Positions 1 to 9,252 of a stretch of 48,234 nucleotides of DNA are shown here, piece after piece; the first letter of the stretch is position 1; each line of letters opens with the position of its first letter. The stretch is from Bacillota bacterium. Its GTDB lineage: Bacteria; Bacillota_I; Bacilli_A; MOL361; Turicibacteraceae. The position numbers were made by a program, and so were the translations under genes. Location: positions 3,012 through 51,245 of the forward strand of contig DNGE01000115.1 in assembly GCA_003486705.1 (NCBI GenBank). The letters run 5' to 3'. A model generated the notes under the pieces. The model searched no databases, was not told where the DNA came from, and saw only the letters and a program-made list of their open reading frames with translations.

Positions 1-366
1 CGGCGTCTTTTGGCCGATGTTCTCCGTGTCATTCCCGATTTATAAGCAGATTCTGTCTCGTCTGAGGTTGTTTAAGGTCGTATGAGAATTGTTATACAAG
101 ACAACTCAGGGCGGTGCCCTGTTAGTTGAACTATACATCGGCGTCTTTTTGCCGATGTTCTCCGTGATATTCCCGCTTTATAAGCAGACACTGTCTTGTC
201 TGAGGTTGTTTAAGGTCGTATTATGATTGTTATACAAGACAACTCAGGGCGGTGCCCTGTTAGTTGAACTATACATCGGTGTCTTTTGGCCGATGTTCTC
301 CGTGATATCCCCGATTTATAAACAGACTCTATCTCCCCTGAGTCTGTTTCAGCTCGTTTTCTGAAT
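1..366. repeat. 138-bp tandem repeat with internal hairpins: 2 full copies plus 1 degenerate partial copy, truncated by the window start
   Basis: Units start at 1, 139 and 277 (cgg(c/t)gtcttt...). Copies 1 and 2 differ at 10 of 138 positions by manual alignment. Copy 3 decays progressively to about 366. Stop codons recur in all six frames. Confidence 0.95.
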
Positions 367-568
367 AATAGATTGCCCACGGTTAAAGGCATGATAGAAA
401 CGCATAGGGCGATAAAAAATGCAATTAACGTGTATTTTAATCGGTAGAATCAATAAAAGGGCGGAAATATGTAAATAATTAGAGTAGAATTATGTGAAAA
501 AGTTTATTATTATATAATTTTTCGATATAATAGAGCAATAAATTCAAGGTTTAAGAGGTGAAGGGACA

Positions 569-1574
569 ATGTCAAATCATATTAAAGCGTTAAGAGATCA
601 GTTAGATACGATTAATTTAGATATTTTAAAATTATTAAATCAGCGAACAGAAATTGTTGAACAAATTGGACGTGAAAAAGACAAACAAGGATTAAAGAAA
701 TACGATCCGGTCCGTGAACAGGAGATACTAGTGGCTTTAAAACAACAAAATCAAGGCCCAATGACGGATGAGATGATGTGTCATATCTTTAAAGAAATCT
801 TCAAATTAAGCGTCAAGCTACAAGAAGACAATAGTCATTAGGGGTTATTAGTTTCAAGAAAGCGTCAAACTCAAGATACGGTAACTAATGTTTTAGGGGA
901 TGCGATTAGTGATGAAAATCCAACCCTTGTATTTGGGCCATGTAGTATTGAATCGAGAGATCAATTAGAGGCGGTGGCAAAAAAATTACATGAAAAAGGA
1001 TTAAAATCTATTCGTGGTGGTGCGTTTAAACCTCGTACATCGCCGTATAATTTTTCAAGGGCTTGGGATTGAGGGTCTAAAGATGATGCGTTAAGTGGTG
1101 TCTAAATATGATTTGTGCGTTATCAGTGAAATCATGGATGCAAAAGATTTAGAAGAAGCCTTACCGTACGAAGCTGTTGTTCAAATTGATAAGCCAATCT
1201 TGTTAAAACGTGGATTATCGGCAACAATTGAGGAGTTTATTCATGCGGCTGACTATTTAAGCGTGCATGGAAATCCAAACGTGATGTTATGTAAGCGCGG
1301 AATTCGAACATATGTAAAATCAACACGAAACACGTTAGATAGTTCAGCGGTGCCCATTTTAAAACAAGAAACACACTTACCTGTTTGTGTGGATGTGACA
1401 CACTCAACAGGATGCAAAGATATATTAATCCCAATTACCAAAGCGGCATTAGCCGTTGGTGCAGACGGAATTTTGGCAGAGATTCATCCAAATCCAAGCA
1501 TGACTTTATGTGATGCGAATCAACAAATGAGTCTAGAGGAGTTTGATCAATTTTTCAAAACGATCTTTGAATAG
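569..1574 (+). pseudogene. aroA: Bifunctional chorismate mutase / DAHP synthase (B. subtilis AroA type), disrupted
   Basis: The CM domain (569-841) ends in TAG, but the same frame continues LLVSRK...FGPCSIES...IRGGAFKPRTSPY. There is a frameshift at about 1050-1055 (FQGLG resumes in another frame) and a second stop (TAA) at about 1092-1094. The GARNMQNF segment is deleted (VQI joins directly to DKPILLKRG). Position immediately upstream of ccpA matches Bacillus. Confidence 0.9.
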
Positions 1575-1668
1575 AATAGGAAAAGATGCTCTTGCCAATA
1601 ATAAATAAGTAAATGAATACATGCTTCTACACTTCTTGTCAATTTATGAAAAATTTTCAGAAAATGTG

Positions 1669-1737
1669 TTGAAAATTATTTTCATTTTCGGTAAAATAGT
1701 GAATGTATCGCTTAATATGAACGTGTTAACGCTTGCA
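1669..1737 (+). promoter_or_regulatory. sigmaA promoter of ccpA with a downstream cre-like site
   Basis: TTGAAA (1669-1674), 17 bp, TAAAAT (1692-1697). TGTTAACGCTTGCA (1724-1737) matches cre TGWNANCGNTNWCA with one mismatch. Confidence 0.6.
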
Positions 1738-1805
1738 TAAAATTAATGTGTAGGCTAGAATATTAATAATTATCTTAAAAAGTTTTCGTATAGGGAGTGT
1801 GACAT

Positions 1806-2795
1806 ATGTCAAAAGTAACAATTTATGATGTTGCTCGAGTTGCCGATGTTTCTTTAGCAACGGTATCTCGTGTTTTAAATAATCCAGAAAAAGTTAAGCC
1901 TAAAACTCGTGAGCGTGTTTTAGCAGCAATCAATGAGTTAGGATATCGTCCAAATGCCATTGCACGTGGTCTTGCAAGCCGTCGCTCAACAAACGTTGGA
2001 TTAATTGTTCCAACTTGTTCACGTGCATCAGTTTCAGAAATGATTGATGGAGTAGCGGATATCGCAGATAAATATCGCTATTCAGTGTTCTTAAATGTCA
2101 CGCATAATGAATTAGATATTGAAAGTAATGTTTGGCAAAACATGATTGCATCACAAGTTGATGGTGTGTTAATGATGGCTGATAAATTAAGTGATGAAGA
2201 TATCGAACGTTTACAAGAAAATAGCGTGCCAACTGTCTTATTATCAGTGAAAGATTTAAAAGAACGTATCCCAGCCGTTTTAATTAACTATGAATTAGCA
2301 GCTTATGAAGCGACGAAAAAGTTAATTGAAAAGGGACACCAAGACATTGCTTTTGTGACATCAAGTTCTTACTATGTTATGAATGAATTAAAAGAAGAAG
2401 GATACCGTCGTGCGTTAGAAGAAGCTGGTTTAGAACCACGTATTTTACGTTTATATAATAAGTTTGAAAATGCCTTAAACGGATTCGATGAATTCTTTAA
2501 AAACAATAAAGCACCACAAGCTGCAATTGCAGTTCGTGATTCAATTGCTGTTCAATTTATGAACGCTGCAATTGAAAATGGAATCAGTGTTCCAAATGAT
2601 TTAGAAATCATTGGATTCCAAAATACAAAATATGCGATCATGTCTCGTCCTCAATTAAGTACAGTTAACATTCCAACGTACGATATTGGAGCCGTTGCCA
2701 TGCGTTTATTAACAAAGTTAATGAAAGAGGAAGAAGTATCTCAAACTCAAATTACTTTACCTCACTCATTTGTATGGCGTGAATCAACGAAATAA
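1806..2795 (+). CDS. ccpA: Catabolite control protein A (LacI family)
   Basis: VTIYDVAR...VSLATVSRV...GYRPNAIARGLAS HTH/hinge, YDIGAVAMRLLTKLM C-terminus, aroA-ccpA synteny. Confidence 0.93.
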   Translation: MSKVTIYDVARVADVSLATVSRVLNNPEKVKPKTRERVLAAINELGYRPNAIARGLASRRSTNVGLIVPTCSRASVSEMIDGVADIADKYRYSVFLNVTHNELDIESNVWQNMIASQVDGVLMMADKLSDEDIERLQENSVPTVLLSVKDLKERIPAVLINYELAAYEATKKLIEKGHQDIAFVTSSSYYVMNELKEEGYRRALEEAGLEPRILRLYNKFENALNGFDEFFKNNKAPQAAIAVRDSIAVQFMNAAIENGISVPNDLEIIGFQNTKYAIMSRPQLSTVNIPTYDIGAVAMRLLTKLMKEEEVSQTQITLPHSFVWRESTK

Positions 2796-2800
2796 GGTTG

Positions 2801-2830
2801 TTGACAAAGAATTGATTCATTTGTTATAAT
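2801..2830 (+). promoter_or_regulatory. sigmaA promoter for the tyrS leader
   Basis: TTGACA (2801-2806), 18 bp, extended TGnTATAAT (2822-2830). Confidence 0.75.
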
Positions 2831-2848
2831 GCAAGCATAATATAATAA

Positions 2849-3072
2849 TGCGATGAAAAGAAAATAGTAGTTGATAGGTGAGCAGTGTTAGAGACTTAGC
2901 GGTGGGTGAAAGCTAAGGCAACCTAGGCAATCGAAATACAATCTTGGAGCACGTTCTTTAGAACCGGTCTAGTCCGTTATCTAGTTGAGTGGTTAAGCAA
3001 ATGCTTAGCAAGTTGGGTGGTACCGCGATGTTAGTCGTCCCTTCATGAATAAATGAAGGGGCGTTTTTTTTT
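2849..3072 (+). ncRNA. T-box riboswitch (Tyr specifier)
   Basis: GCGATGAA/AGTAG/AGAGA/GGTGAAA stem I motifs, TAC specifier at 2937-2939, T-box AAGTTGGGTGGTACCGCG (3010-3027), terminator cccttcat...atgaaggg plus T-tract. Confidence 0.93.
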
Positions 3073-3115
3073 ATGATAAAATCCCCTTCATAGATAAAAG
3101 ACAGAGGTGAAAAAC

Positions 3116-4393
3116 ATGAAAGAATTTAAAAATGAATTATTAAAAGATTTACAATGGCGTGGATTAATTAATGACTGTACAGACTTAGAGGCATTAGAAG
3201 AATTATTAGAAAATGGAAATATCACATTATACTGTGGTTATGATCCAACAGCTGACAGTTTACATATCGGACATTTATTAATGATCTTAGTTTTAAGACG
3301 TTTCCAATTAGCAGGTCACAAACCATTAGCGCTAGTAGGTGGAGCAACTGGATTAATTGGTGACCCATCAGGTCGTTCAATCGAGCGTCCAGAAAGTACA
3401 TTAGATACAGTAGTCGATTGGTCTAATAAAATTAAAGGTCAATTATCTCAATTCTTAGACTTCAATGCTGTTAATAGCAATGGCGCGGAAATTGTTAATA
3501 ACTATGACTGGACATCAAATGTGAGTATGATTGATTTCTTACGCGATGTTGGAAAGCATTTAAATATTAACTATATCTTAGGAAAAGATACTGTTATGTC
3601 ACGTTTAGATCATGGAATGACATTTACAGAGTTTTCTTATACGATTTTACAAGGAATGGACTTCAAACATTTATATGAAACAAAGAAATGTGTTCTTCAA
3701 TTAGGTGGATCAGACCAATGGGGAAATATCACAACTGGACTAGAGTTAATTCGTAAGCAATTAGGTCATGAGCAAAAAGCAGTTGGTTTAACAATGCCTT
3801 TAGTAACAAAATCAGATGGAACGAAATTTGGTAAAACAGCAGGTGGAGCCGTTTGGTTAGACCGCTCAAAAACATCAGCTTATGAATTATATCAATTCTT
3901 AATTAATACATCAGATGAAGATGTGGTTAAATTCTTAAAATACTTCACGTTCTTAACAAAAGAAGAAATTGAAACAGTTGAAGCAGAATTTAAAGAAGCA
4001 CCACATACACGCTCAGCACAAAAAGTTTTAGCACGTGAAGTGGTAACACTTGTGCATGGTGTTGAAGCATTCGAGCAAGCATTAAAAATTACAGAAGCGT
4101 TATTCAGTGGTCAAATTGAACAATTATCTTCAGATGAAATTGAAGTTGGATTTAAAGATGTCCCTTCAGTTGAATTAACAGAAGATTTAAACTTAGTTGA
4201 TGCGTTAGTAACAGCGAAAGCTGCAAGTTCTAAACGTGAATCTCGTGAGTTTATTAATAATAATTCAATCACAATTAACGGGAATCGTGTAAATGATTTA
4301 GAATTCTCGGTTTCAAAAGAAAATGCGATTGATGGTAAATTTACTGTTATTCGTCGTGGTAAGAAAAAATACTTCTTAATTAAACATGTTTAA
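3116..4393 (+). CDS. tyrS: Tyrosine--tRNA ligase
   Basis: HIGH and KFGKT motifs, QLGGSDQWGNI, C-terminal S4-like domain. ATG 3116 follows SD GAGGTG. Confidence 0.97.
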   Translation: MKEFKNELLKDLQWRGLINDCTDLEALEELLENGNITLYCGYDPTADSLHIGHLLMILVLRRFQLAGHKPLALVGGATGLIGDPSGRSIERPESTLDTVVDWSNKIKGQLSQFLDFNAVNSNGAEIVNNYDWTSNVSMIDFLRDVGKHLNINYILGKDTVMSRLDHGMTFTEFSYTILQGMDFKHLYETKKCVLQLGGSDQWGNITTGLELIRKQLGHEQKAVGLTMPLVTKSDGTKFGKTAGGAVWLDRSKTSAYELYQFLINTSDEDVVKFLKYFTFLTKEEIETVEAEFKEAPHTRSAQKVLAREVVTLVHGVEAFEQALKITEALFSGQIEQLSSDEIEVGFKDVPSVELTEDLNLVDALVTAKAASSKRESREFINNNSITINGNRVNDLEFSVSKENAIDGKFTVIRRGKKKYFLIKHV

Positions 4394-4409
4394 TTTTATC
4401 TAATCCATT

Positions 4410-4442
4410 ACAAAAGGACTACTGACAAAGTAGTCCTTTTGT
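4410..4442. terminator. Bidirectional intrinsic terminator between tyrS and the YeiH-family gene
   Basis: acaaaaggactac / gtagtccttttgt inverted repeat between convergent genes. Confidence 0.8.
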
Positions 4443-4452
4443 GATTTCATTT

Positions 4453-5481
4453 TTAAAATATAAGCCAAATTAGACCTAATGCAAAAATAACTTGTGAAAC
4501 ACCGATTGCTAAACAATAAACCCCACTTTTGATTCCTTGACGCATTAAGTCTTTAAATTTAACACTCATTCCAATACCGGCTAAGGCAAAAATCTCTAAA
4601 TAATGACTAATGGATTTGAATGCAATTGAAAAATGTTGTGGAATTAACCCGATACTAAAGGCAAAACACATGATAAAGAATCCAATGACATACCATGGAA
4701 TCTTCACTGAATTTTGTTTTTGAGAAGGCTTTGTTTCATGTTCTTCTTCAAATTCATCACTTTTTAACTTGGCAAATCCGATAATAATGAAGACTAAAAA
4801 GATGATTCGAACAATCTTAAAGATGGTGGCTGTATCTTTAACAACATCATTTACCATGGCCGCACTTCCAACGACTTGTCCGACTGATTGAAGTACACCA
4901 CCAATTAAAGCGGAGGATTGTAAGGTTTCATTTTGAAAAAGTGATGATGCCAAAAAGGGAAGTACCATCATTAAAATCGTACCTGTTAAATTTACAAGCG
5001 TAATTGAAATAGATTTATCAATTTCATTCGCTTTAATGACAGGGGCTGTAGCACCAATGGCAGAAGAACCACAAACAGCATTTCCAGTTGCCATTAAAAT
5101 TCTAAAGTTTTCAGAAAAACCTAATTTTTTACCGACAACTAGACAAAAGATAATGGTTAACAGCATTTGTAGAATAATAAATAGAACGCCAGTGAAACCT
5201 AATTCGAGGATGACGGAATAACTTAGTGTCCCACCTAGTAAGACAATCGAGTAAGATAATAAAGTTGATTCTGAATATCTAACACCTTTATGCCAGATGC
5301 CTTGATTAAACACTGTGTTACCTAATAATAATCCTAAGAGAATAGCAATGGTCGCAGCACCAAGTGAGGGGAAGAAAGTTCCAAGCCATTTTGAAAAAAG
5401 TCCAATTGTGATACAAATCATTAATCCGGGAATGATGGCTTGTATCGCAATTAAATGATGTTTAAATGAGAACGACATCAT
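4453..5481 (-). CDS. YeiH/UPF0324 family membrane protein (putative sulfate exporter family)
   Basis: Multi-TM protein with GNAVCGSSAIGATAPVIKA and ATIFKIVRI motifs. SD AGGAGGT precedes ATG ATG at 5481/5478. Confidence 0.85.
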   Translation of the reverse strand: MMSFSFKHHLIAIQAIIPGLMICITIGLFSKWLGTFFPSLGAATIAILLGLLLGNTVFNQGIWHKGVRYSESTLLSYSIVLLGGTLSYSVILELGFTGVLFIILQMLLTIIFCLVVGKKLGFSENFRILMATGNAVCGSSAIGATAPVIKANEIDKSISITLVNLTGTILMMVLPFLASSLFQNETLQSSALIGGVLQSVGQVVGSAAMVNDVVKDTATIFKIVRIIFLVFIIIGFAKLKSDEFEEEHETKPSQKQNSVKIPWYVIGFFIMCFAFSIGLIPQHFSIAFKSISHYLEIFALAGIGMSVKFKDLMRQGIKSGVYCLAIGVSQVIFALGLIWLIF

Positions 5482-5595
5482 ATACCTCCTATCATTTAGC
5501 TTCACTATAGTTTTCCCGCTTTTGAAAATATCATTAGCCATAACATCTAAATGAGGGGCGATGTTGAAGAAGTATAAACCGATGATTTATGACAT

Positions 5596-5628
5596 AAAAA
5601 AAAGACTTCGAATAGTCGAAGTCTTTTT
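5596..5628 (-). terminator. rpsD terminator
   Basis: aaaaagacttcga / tcgaagtcttttt hairpin. Confidence 0.8.
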
Positions 5629-5646
5629 CATTAGGGCCATTAAAAA

Positions 5647-6246
5647 TTAACGGCTGTAGAACTCTACGATTAAGTTTTCAGCGATGTCTTGGAATACTTC
5701 AGCACGTTCTGGTAAACGAACGAAAGTTCCTGTCATTGTGTTCTCATCGAATGAAACGAAATCTGGACGGTGGATAGTTCCTTCTAATGCAGCTTTAACG
5801 ATAGTTAAGTTAGCTGATTTTTCGCGAACTGAGATTGTTTGTCCTGGTTTAACAGTGTATGAAGGAATGTCAACACGTTTACCATCAACAGTGATGTGTC
5901 CGTGGTTAACTAATTGGCGAGCTTGACGACGAGTGTTAGCTAAACCTAAACGGTATACTAAGTTGTCAAGACGAGATTCTAATAAGTATAAGAAGTTCTC
6001 ACCATGTTTACCTTGCATTTTACCTGCATTATCATAAATACGACGGAATTGACGCTCAGTGATTCCGTATGCATGACGTAATTTTTGTTTCTCTTGTAAT
6101 TGTAATCCGTACTCAGAGATTTTTTTACGAGATTGTCCGTGTTGTCCTGGTGCGTAAGGGCGTTTTTGTAATTCTTTTCCATTCTCAAGAATTGAGTACC
6201 CTAAACGACGTGAAATTTTCCAGCTTGGTCCTGTATAACGAGCCAT
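5647..6246 (-). CDS. rpsD: 30S ribosomal protein S4
   Basis: [16 protein letters not shown]...PGQHG...[13 protein letters not shown]...IVEFYSR. Confidence 0.98.
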   Translation of the reverse strand: MARYTGPSWKISRRLGYSILENGKELQKRPYAPGQHGQSRKKISEYGLQLQEKQKLRHAYGITERQFRRIYDNAGKMQGKHGENFLYLLESRLDNLVYRLGLANTRRQARQLVNHGHITVDGKRVDIPSYTVKPGQTISVREKSANLTIVKAALEGTIHRPDFVSFDENTMTGTFVRLPERAEVFQDIAENLIVEFYSR

Positions 6247-6471
6247 AGCTATGACCTCCTTTAAAATTCTAATAGTATTTTTGTTTGCATATTAAAAAGG
6301 AGTAATTTTATCTAAACATTAGCTTAGATTAAAGTCCCATATCATCGCCTTGCAGCCTAAGGTTACGCGATATGCCTACAATGAGGAATAATCTAATTTC
6401 TAAGTGTTTGATAAACAGCTGCCTTTAACATACGCACTTAGTATAATACCAACAATCATATTTATTGTCAA
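6247..6471 (-). promoter_or_regulatory. rpsD sigmaA promoter and ~190-nt structured leader (probable S4 autoregulatory element)
   Basis: Minus strand TTGACA (6471-6466), 17 bp, TATTAT. The leader has a closing stem gcgtatgttaaagg / ccttttaatatgca and an inner stem atatcgc-GTAA...gcgatgatat. Firmicute rpsD leaders are known S4-binding elements. Confidence 0.7.
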
Positions 6472-6567
6472 CAAAAATCCGACATCTCATACAACCAGGT
6501 TATGACATTTTTAAAAAATTATTTATATAAGGAAAGGAAGCAGAGCTGCCGTTTCTTGTATTCATGG

Positions 6568-7059
6568 TTATTTAATTGTTTTGGCAATGACTTGGACGAA
6601 TGCTTCTAAATATTTCGCATCGATTTCCGTGAAACGTGCGAGTTTGGGGCTATCGATATCTAAAACACCAATAAGTTGATCCTGGTGAATAATAGGAACG
6701 ACAATCTCAGAGTTTGTTGCGCTGTCGCAAGCAATATGTCCTTTAAAAGCATGAACATCAGGCACGACAATTGTTTCGCGATTTGTCGCAGCATGTCCAC
6801 AAACTCCTTTATGAAATGGAATGCGAATACAAGCTGGTAACCCTTGAAATGGACCTAAAACAAGTTGCTCATCTTTTGCTAAATAAAACCCAACCCAGTT
6901 AATCTCATCTAAGAACAAATTTAATAACGCTGAGGCATTTGATAAGTTCGCAATTAAATCATCTTCACCATGTACTAAAGCTTTTAATTGCTCAATGACC
7001 AATGCATAGTTTTCTTCTAGTGTTCCTGAATATTGAATGCTATGAAACATACGATTCAC
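6568..7059 (-). CDS. msrC: GAF-domain protein, free methionine-(R)-sulfoxide reductase (YtsP/MsrC family)
   Basis: INWVGFY...LGPFQGLPACIRI...GVCG...GHIACD...SEIVVP...LDIDSP. Confidence 0.88.
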   Translation of the reverse strand: MNRMFHSIQYSGTLEENYALVIEQLKALVHGEDDLIANLSNASALLNLFLDEINWVGFYLAKDEQLVLGPFQGLPACIRIPFHKGVCGHAATNRETIVVPDVHAFKGHIACDSATNSEIVVPIIHQDQLIGVLDIDSPKLARFTEIDAKYLEAFVQVIAKTIK

Positions 7060-7179
7060 TCCCTTTATATTTAAATATAATTTCCATTATAACAAAATAA
7101 TTTCAAATATAGGAATTTTTATCAATTTATGATATTATTAAGAAAAGTAGTATCGATGGTATCGATTTGGGAGGAAACT

Positions 7180-8907
7180 ATGGGAGATTTTAAGTTATAT
7201 TTACTTATTGCAATCGTCGTCGTGTTGATTGCTATTCTAATTTATTCAATGATGATTGTATCGAAAAAGAAACAATATTTTGTGCGAATTGATGATTTAG
7301 ACTATCTCAAGCATGAGATTTCAAATAAGACCGTTCCTTTTGAACTAGCAAAACTAAGAAGCACTAAGAAAAGTGAGCGTATTGTGAAACTTGTTCAACA
7401 ATGGGAACAAAGATGGGGGTCTTTGGAGAATGAGTTTATCACAGTCACAGAAAAAATCATTTACACAGAAGAGTTAGTTGAAAAGAGAAGTTTTACAGAG
7501 GCAAATGATTTAATGGATAATATTTCTGAAATGTTGGAGCACTTAAACACTGAAGTGGATTTATTATTAGAAGAAATTAAATCGTTAAAACGTTCAGAAG
7601 AACGCAGCCGTTCAAATGTGGTGGGGTTAAAAGAAAAATTTGAACAATTAAAAATGCAATATGACTTAGAACAGTCAAACTACGTAAACATGCATGATGA
7701 AATTTTAAATTTATTTAAGGAAATTGAAGCTTTATTCTTAAAATTTAATGAGTGTATGGAAGAATGTAATTATGACTTAGCGGATGAAACCATTAATAAT
7801 ATTAAAAAAGAAATGGAAAAAATGAATTACGTGTTTGATCGTATCCCGATTTATCATGAGTCTATTGAGAAAACAATTAAACCATTGTTAAAAGATGTCA
7901 TGAAAAGCTTTGAGAATTTATCAAATCAAGGAATTTATCTAAACCATTTAAAAATAGATGAAACAATCGTGACTTATGAAGAGAACATCAATCAAGTTGA
8001 TCAGATGTTAAAACGATTTGAATTTGAACAAATTGAATCTATGTTATTAGAAGTAGAAGAAAATAGTAAACAGATGATTCAATTTATGAAACGCGAGATG
8101 GATATTAAAGGGGAAGTCATCGAGGTTTTAGAAAAAACGAAAGCAACAATCATGAACATAAACACAATGGGGACGCATTTAAATCAGCGTTATTATAATA
8201 TTAAAAATAATTATACGTTAGCTGAAGAAGACGAGAATAACTTTAACTTCTTATTAAATGAGATTCAAATTGTGACGAATGAACTCTATTTTATTGAAGC
8301 AAAATTTGCAGATAAGCAAACGTCAAATACAGAAATGAGCCATCAATTAGAATCAATCACTGCTCAAATTGTAGAGATTGAACACCAACTTCAATTGTTT
8401 GATGTCGATATTGAACACCTATATGATGGAGAAAAAGATTGTCGTCAGCGTGCGTTATTACTTTTAAACAGATTTAATGACTTAAAAGCAATGTATAACC
8501 AAAGTCACTTCCCAGTAGAAAATCAAAATATCGTATCCTTAATTGAAGAAGGGAATGCGGCAATTACAGCACTATTTAAAGAGATTGATCAAGTGCCAAT
8601 CCACATTAATAATATTAGTGAACAACTACAATATTCACAAGAGATGCTTGAACATATCATTAATTCAGTAAATCAAATCGTTCAAGAATTAAAATTAGCG
8701 GAGACGCTTATTGTTCATGGACACCGATACTTAGTTCGTGAAGGGATGTATGTAGTTGATTTAACAATTGCTGAAGATCAATTCCGTCAAGGAAACTATG
8801 CAACTGTTATTGAGAAAATGAAAAAGTTATTGAAATCAATTGAGGGATCACAGTTTGATATTCAATACGATCAGTTTAAACAATCATTAGATTGCTATTT
8901 AATTTAA
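7180..8907 (+). CDS. ezrA: Septation ring formation regulator EzrA
   Basis: N-terminal TM followed by a long coiled coil of about 575 aa. rpsD-GAF-ezrA-iscS-thiI synteny. SD GGGAGG before ATG 7180. Confidence 0.88.
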   Translation: MGDFKLYLLIAIVVVLIAILIYSMMIVSKKKQYFVRIDDLDYLKHEISNKTVPFELAKLRSTKKSERIVKLVQQWEQRWGSLENEFITVTEKIIYTEELVEKRSFTEANDLMDNISEMLEHLNTEVDLLLEEIKSLKRSEERSRSNVVGLKEKFEQLKMQYDLEQSNYVNMHDEILNLFKEIEALFLKFNECMEECNYDLADETINNIKKEMEKMNYVFDRIPIYHESIEKTIKPLLKDVMKSFENLSNQGIYLNHLKIDETIVTYEENINQVDQMLKRFEFEQIESMLLEVEENSKQMIQFMKREMDIKGEVIEVLEKTKATIMNINTMGTHLNQRYYNIKNNYTLAEEDENNFNFLLNEIQIVTNELYFIEAKFADKQTSNTEMSHQLESITAQIVEIEHQLQLFDVDIEHLYDGEKDCRQRALLLLNRFNDLKAMYNQSHFPVENQNIVSLIEEGNAAITALFKEIDQVPIHINNISEQLQYSQEMLEHIINSVNQIVQELKLAETLIVHGHRYLVREGMYVVDLTIAEDQFRQGNYATVIEKMKKLLKSIEGSQFDIQYDQFKQSLDCYLI

Positions 8908-9252
8908 AACGATACGGAACTGTCGGAACGAGTGCTTAACTTGTTAGACAGTTTTTGTTTTGTTCAGGACGTAATGTATGTATGAACAAAATAGGTGGAA
9001 AATAAAAATAAACAAATCAATTAGACTAACACAAGTTGATAAAACAACATACCTTATAGTATAAGTAAATCATATTTCGCCCATTTCTAAACGAAAAAAG
9101 AAGTTGTACAATATTTGTGATTCATACCTTAATGTGGTATAATGTCAAATCAGTGACCAAAATGATCATAACTTGTACGAATCATGGTGTCTATCCATTT
9201 ACATGAAATAGAAATAGGGTCTGAAAAGTTTATTTTGGAAGGAGCTATATAT

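Noticed and set aside
1..366. CRISPR array or repeat-protein coding sequence (138 bp = 46 codons)
   Set aside because: Whole units are near-identical with no unique spacers, no cas genes are in view, and stop codons recur in every frame.
210..392. 60-aa minus-strand ORF
   Set aside because: Runs through the non-coding repeat, has no convincing SD and no recognisable motif.
839..841. Programmed TAG read-through (e.g. pyrrolysine) in aroA
   Set aside because: A further frameshift, a TAA stop and a motif deletion downstream show general decay.
1095..1574. Independent functional DAHP synthase ORF
   Set aside because: It is only the C-terminal fragment of the pseudogene and lacks the KPRT and GARN motifs.
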